Positions 35,639 to 38,175 of a stretch of DNA of 38,175 nucleotides are shown here, in pieces (the first letter of the stretch is position 1; the number at the start of each line of letters is the position of its first letter). A program made the position numbers and the translations under genes. Source of the stretch: Octopus sinensis (Eukaryota); assembly GCF_006345805.1 (NCBI RefSeq), contig NW_021835818.1, positions 1 through 38,175 of the forward strand. Direction: 5' to 3'. The notes beneath the pieces were generated by a model. The model was given only the letters and a program-made list of their open reading frames with translations. It made no database searches and had not been told where the DNA came from.

Positions 35639-36050
35639 GGCGCAGGAGTGGCTGTGTGGTAAGTAGCTTGCTAACGAACCACATTGTTCTGGGTTCAGTC
35701 CCACTGCGCGGCATCTTGGGCAAGTGTCTTCTGCTATAGCCCCGGGCTGACCAATGCCTTGTGAGTGGATTTGGTAGACGGAAACTGAAAGAAGCCTGTC
35801 GTATATATGTATATATATATATGTATGTGTGTGTGTGTTTGTGTGTCTGTGTTTGTCCCCCTAGCATTGCTTGACAGCCGATGCTGGTGTGTTTACGTCC
35901 CCGTCACTTAGCGGTTCGGCAAAAGAAACCGATAGAATAAGTACTGGGCCTACAAAGAATAAGTCCTGGGGTCGATTTGCTCGACTAAATGCGGTGCTCC
36001 AGCATGGCCGCAGTCAAATTACTGAAACAAGTAAAAAGAGTAAAAAGAGT
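35639..36050 (+). mobile_element. Full-length family B tRNA-derived SINE
   Basis: A box TGGCTGTGTGGT, B box GGGTTCAGTCCC, TTGGGCAAGTGTCTT core, internal TA/TG, tail GAAACAAGTAAAAAGA(GTAAAAAGA). Likely one of the described octopus OK/OR-type SINEs; exact assignment not made. Confidence 0.9.
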
Positions 36051-36109
36051 AATACACAAGGCGAAAAGACATGCTTCCAATAATTATTGTTATTTATCTT
36101 TTTTTCTTT

Positions 36110-36577
36110 TATCTTTTACATGTTTCAGTCATTAGACTGCGACCATTCTGGGGCACCGCCTTGACGTTTTCAGTCAAATGAATCGATCACAATACTTCTT
36201 TATTATTATTATCATAATTATTGTTTTTTTTTTATCCTGATACTCATTCTATCGGATCATTTGCCGAACCGCTAAGTTACGGGGACACAAACGCACCAAC
36301 ACCGGCTGTCAAGCAGTATGGTGGTGGTGGTAGGGAGACAAACATAGACGCAGAGACACTCTCACACACACATATATATTCTTTTATTCTTTCACTTGTT
36401 TCACTCAGTTGGCTGCAGCCATGCTGGAGCACCGCCTTGAAGGGTTTTAGTTGAACAAATCGATCCCAGCAATTATTGTTTTTAAGCCTAGTACTTATTC
36501 CATCGATCTCTTTTGCTCAATCGCTAAGTTACGGGGACGTAAATACATCAAAACAGGTTGTCAAACAGTACACACAT

Positions 36578-36612
<35 letters not shown>

Positions 36613-36800
36613 ACACACACACACAACACACACACACAACACACACACAACACACACACACACGACGGGCCTGTTTCAGTTTCCATCGACCAAACTCACT
36701 CAGAAGGCTTTAATCAGCCCGAGGCTATGGTAGAAGACATTTAGTCAAAGTGCCATGCAGTGGAAGTGAACCCGGTACCATGTGGTTGGGAAGCAAGCTT
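36110..36800 (-). mobile_element. Two tandem family B SINEs (3' part at 36110-36350; longer copy at 36380-36800)
   Basis: CCATGCTGGAGCACCGCC, TACTTATTC, CGCTAAGTTACGGGGAC repeated twice; (CA)n inside the second. Confidence 0.85.
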
Positions 36801-36969
36801 TATCGACCTACATAAAAAAAAGCATTTTCAACATAGTTTCCACCATTGGTGATGCAAAGTTGTGAGATTCACATGCACTCAATGCAGTAACTCGATGTTT
36901 CCCTCAATTTAAGCACATTTATTCACGATTCGTTCCTTCACATGCCCCAGACTTCCTGGTCACCCTGTA
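36800..36969. mobile_element. Possible Tc1/mariner-type MITE end
   Basis: Ends in CACCCTGTA (reverse complement TACAGGGTG, a common Tc1-type terminus); no partner end found. Confidence 0.25.
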
Positions 36970-36999
36970 TGTATCATATATCTGTAGTTACCTACTAAC

Positions 37000-38175
37000 G
37001 TCCTACTCAGACAGGATGTTGGCAGGTATCTGTTGCCGCTATGTCTGGAAGTTACGGTTTCATTTACCCAGCGACAGCAGTTCGTTACATTTGATGTCAC
37101 ACATATCAGGGTGCTGTGTTGTTGCGGGTTAGTAGTGAACTAACACTGTAGCGGCAACAGCCTTCCGTGTTAGTTACCAGTTGTTTAAAAAAAATGAGGC
37201 TGAATGGTCAGCATGGACAGGGCTGTAATCTATACAAGTGGTAGGGGTTGTGTGAATGGAACAGTCAGGATTAAAGTGGTATATCTGGACTCCCGGTGAC
37301 CAATAGCTACAAGTTCACTAACAGGGCGTACTTGTGGTGGAAACAATAGATTAGTTTATTTTTCCTGTTGGACACTGCAAGTTGATGGAGAATGTATTGT
37401 CTCCAGCGAGGGCAGAGTTGGCAATTGCGAATTCCAGGTGAGTAAGGAGGGACTTCCTGTCAATGATACTTCATTCGATATTACGGATATTATGGAGTCC
37501 CCAGATAAATCAGAATAGGGCGGTAGAGTTCCCCTATCCATGCACCTGAAGGAGTATATATGCTGTGTATACCTTCCCTTGAAGTTATTGGCTGACATGC
37601 CCATGTAGTGTCTTGTAATGCCTTCGAATGGAGTAAGGGTGACTCTATAAACCACAACCTCAGAAAGGCAGGATCCTCCCAGTGGACAGTTGGTAAGATT
37701 TCAGCACTAACCGATTGGGGTGTGGATTAAAGGCTGTGTAGATGTGTGTTTGAGTTTTTGTAGCGTGTGATGTTGGAAGTGATTTTCTTGAAGCAAGACG
37801 TTGTTTGGGTAGAAAAGCTTATAAAAATGGGCTCTATAAGCTGACACTAATAATGGGTTCTATAATTTTTAATTAGTGTCAGGAAGTTCCTAGCTATGCT
37901 GATTGAAACTTCTAGGTTAAATGAATTAAATTATTCTCCTCTAAATCTCTTAGGGTTTTGAGGTGGAGGTGAAGTTTCCTCCATATATACAAACTTCTCG
38001 GTAATCCACTCACCACCAATGCCACGTTACGTTGTGTGCGATTTTGTTTAAAATATCTCACTATCCCCTGATAGTTAAGAGATTGTTCTACTTATGCGTG
38101 TGACTAGGTTTCTCATTACAAGTGGAAGTGATTGAGTTTTCGTGGCTATTCACAGTTTTCTCGTTGGGCTTCTTA
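37000..38175 (-). mobile_element. Decayed Penelope-like retroelement (post-RT linker, GIY-YIG endonuclease, 3' non-coding region); runs off the window
   Basis: Minus strand KRFRGE*FNSFNLEVSISIARNFLTLIK, NCPLGGSCLSEVVVYRVT..HYMGMSANNFKGRYTQHIYSF, STALF*FIWGL..SIIDR, CFHHKYALLVNL* (stop at 37307-37309). Confidence 0.85.
37307..37690 (-). pseudogene. GIY-YIG endonuclease remnant of the Penelope-like element
   Basis: Cys-rich CPLxGxCL linker followed by VVY..YxG..FKxRY..H; frameshifts after HIYSF. Confidence 0.85.

Noticed and set aside
35639-35715. tRNA-like A and B boxes (also at 7291, 10051, 27706, 35500-35585)
   Set aside because: No complete cloverleaf; each continues into a SINE body, so these are SINE heads and not tRNA genes.

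Overview
AT-rich, microsatellite-saturated animal intergenic or intronic DNA. It is most likely from an octopus (coleoid cephalopod); this is an inference from the SINE and repeat make-up, not a database result. No intact host protein-coding gene, rRNA, tRNA or CRISPR array can be supported, and nearly all ORFs in the supplied track are translations of simple repeats. Recognisable content: (1) a near full-length, frameshifted R4/Dong-type non-LTR retrotransposon (about 4 kb, minus strand; RT, CCHC knuckle, restriction-like endonuclease) plus two 5'-truncated relatives, all abutting (TAA)n tracts; (2) two decayed L1-clade (Tx1-like) RT remnants; (3) a decayed Penelope-like element with a GIY-YIG endonuclease at the right edge; (4) two 492-bp internally deleted mariner elements; (5) about 20 copies of at least three tRNA-derived SINE families; (6) a 500-bp foldback element. 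Most notable observations: a near-canonical type I hammerhead ribozyme at 850-921 (minus strand), further hammerhead-like motifs at 32169-32203, 1861-1945 and about 37067-37117, and a high-GC3, coiled-coil-coding-like 200-bp block trapped between two SINE parts at 16891-17096.
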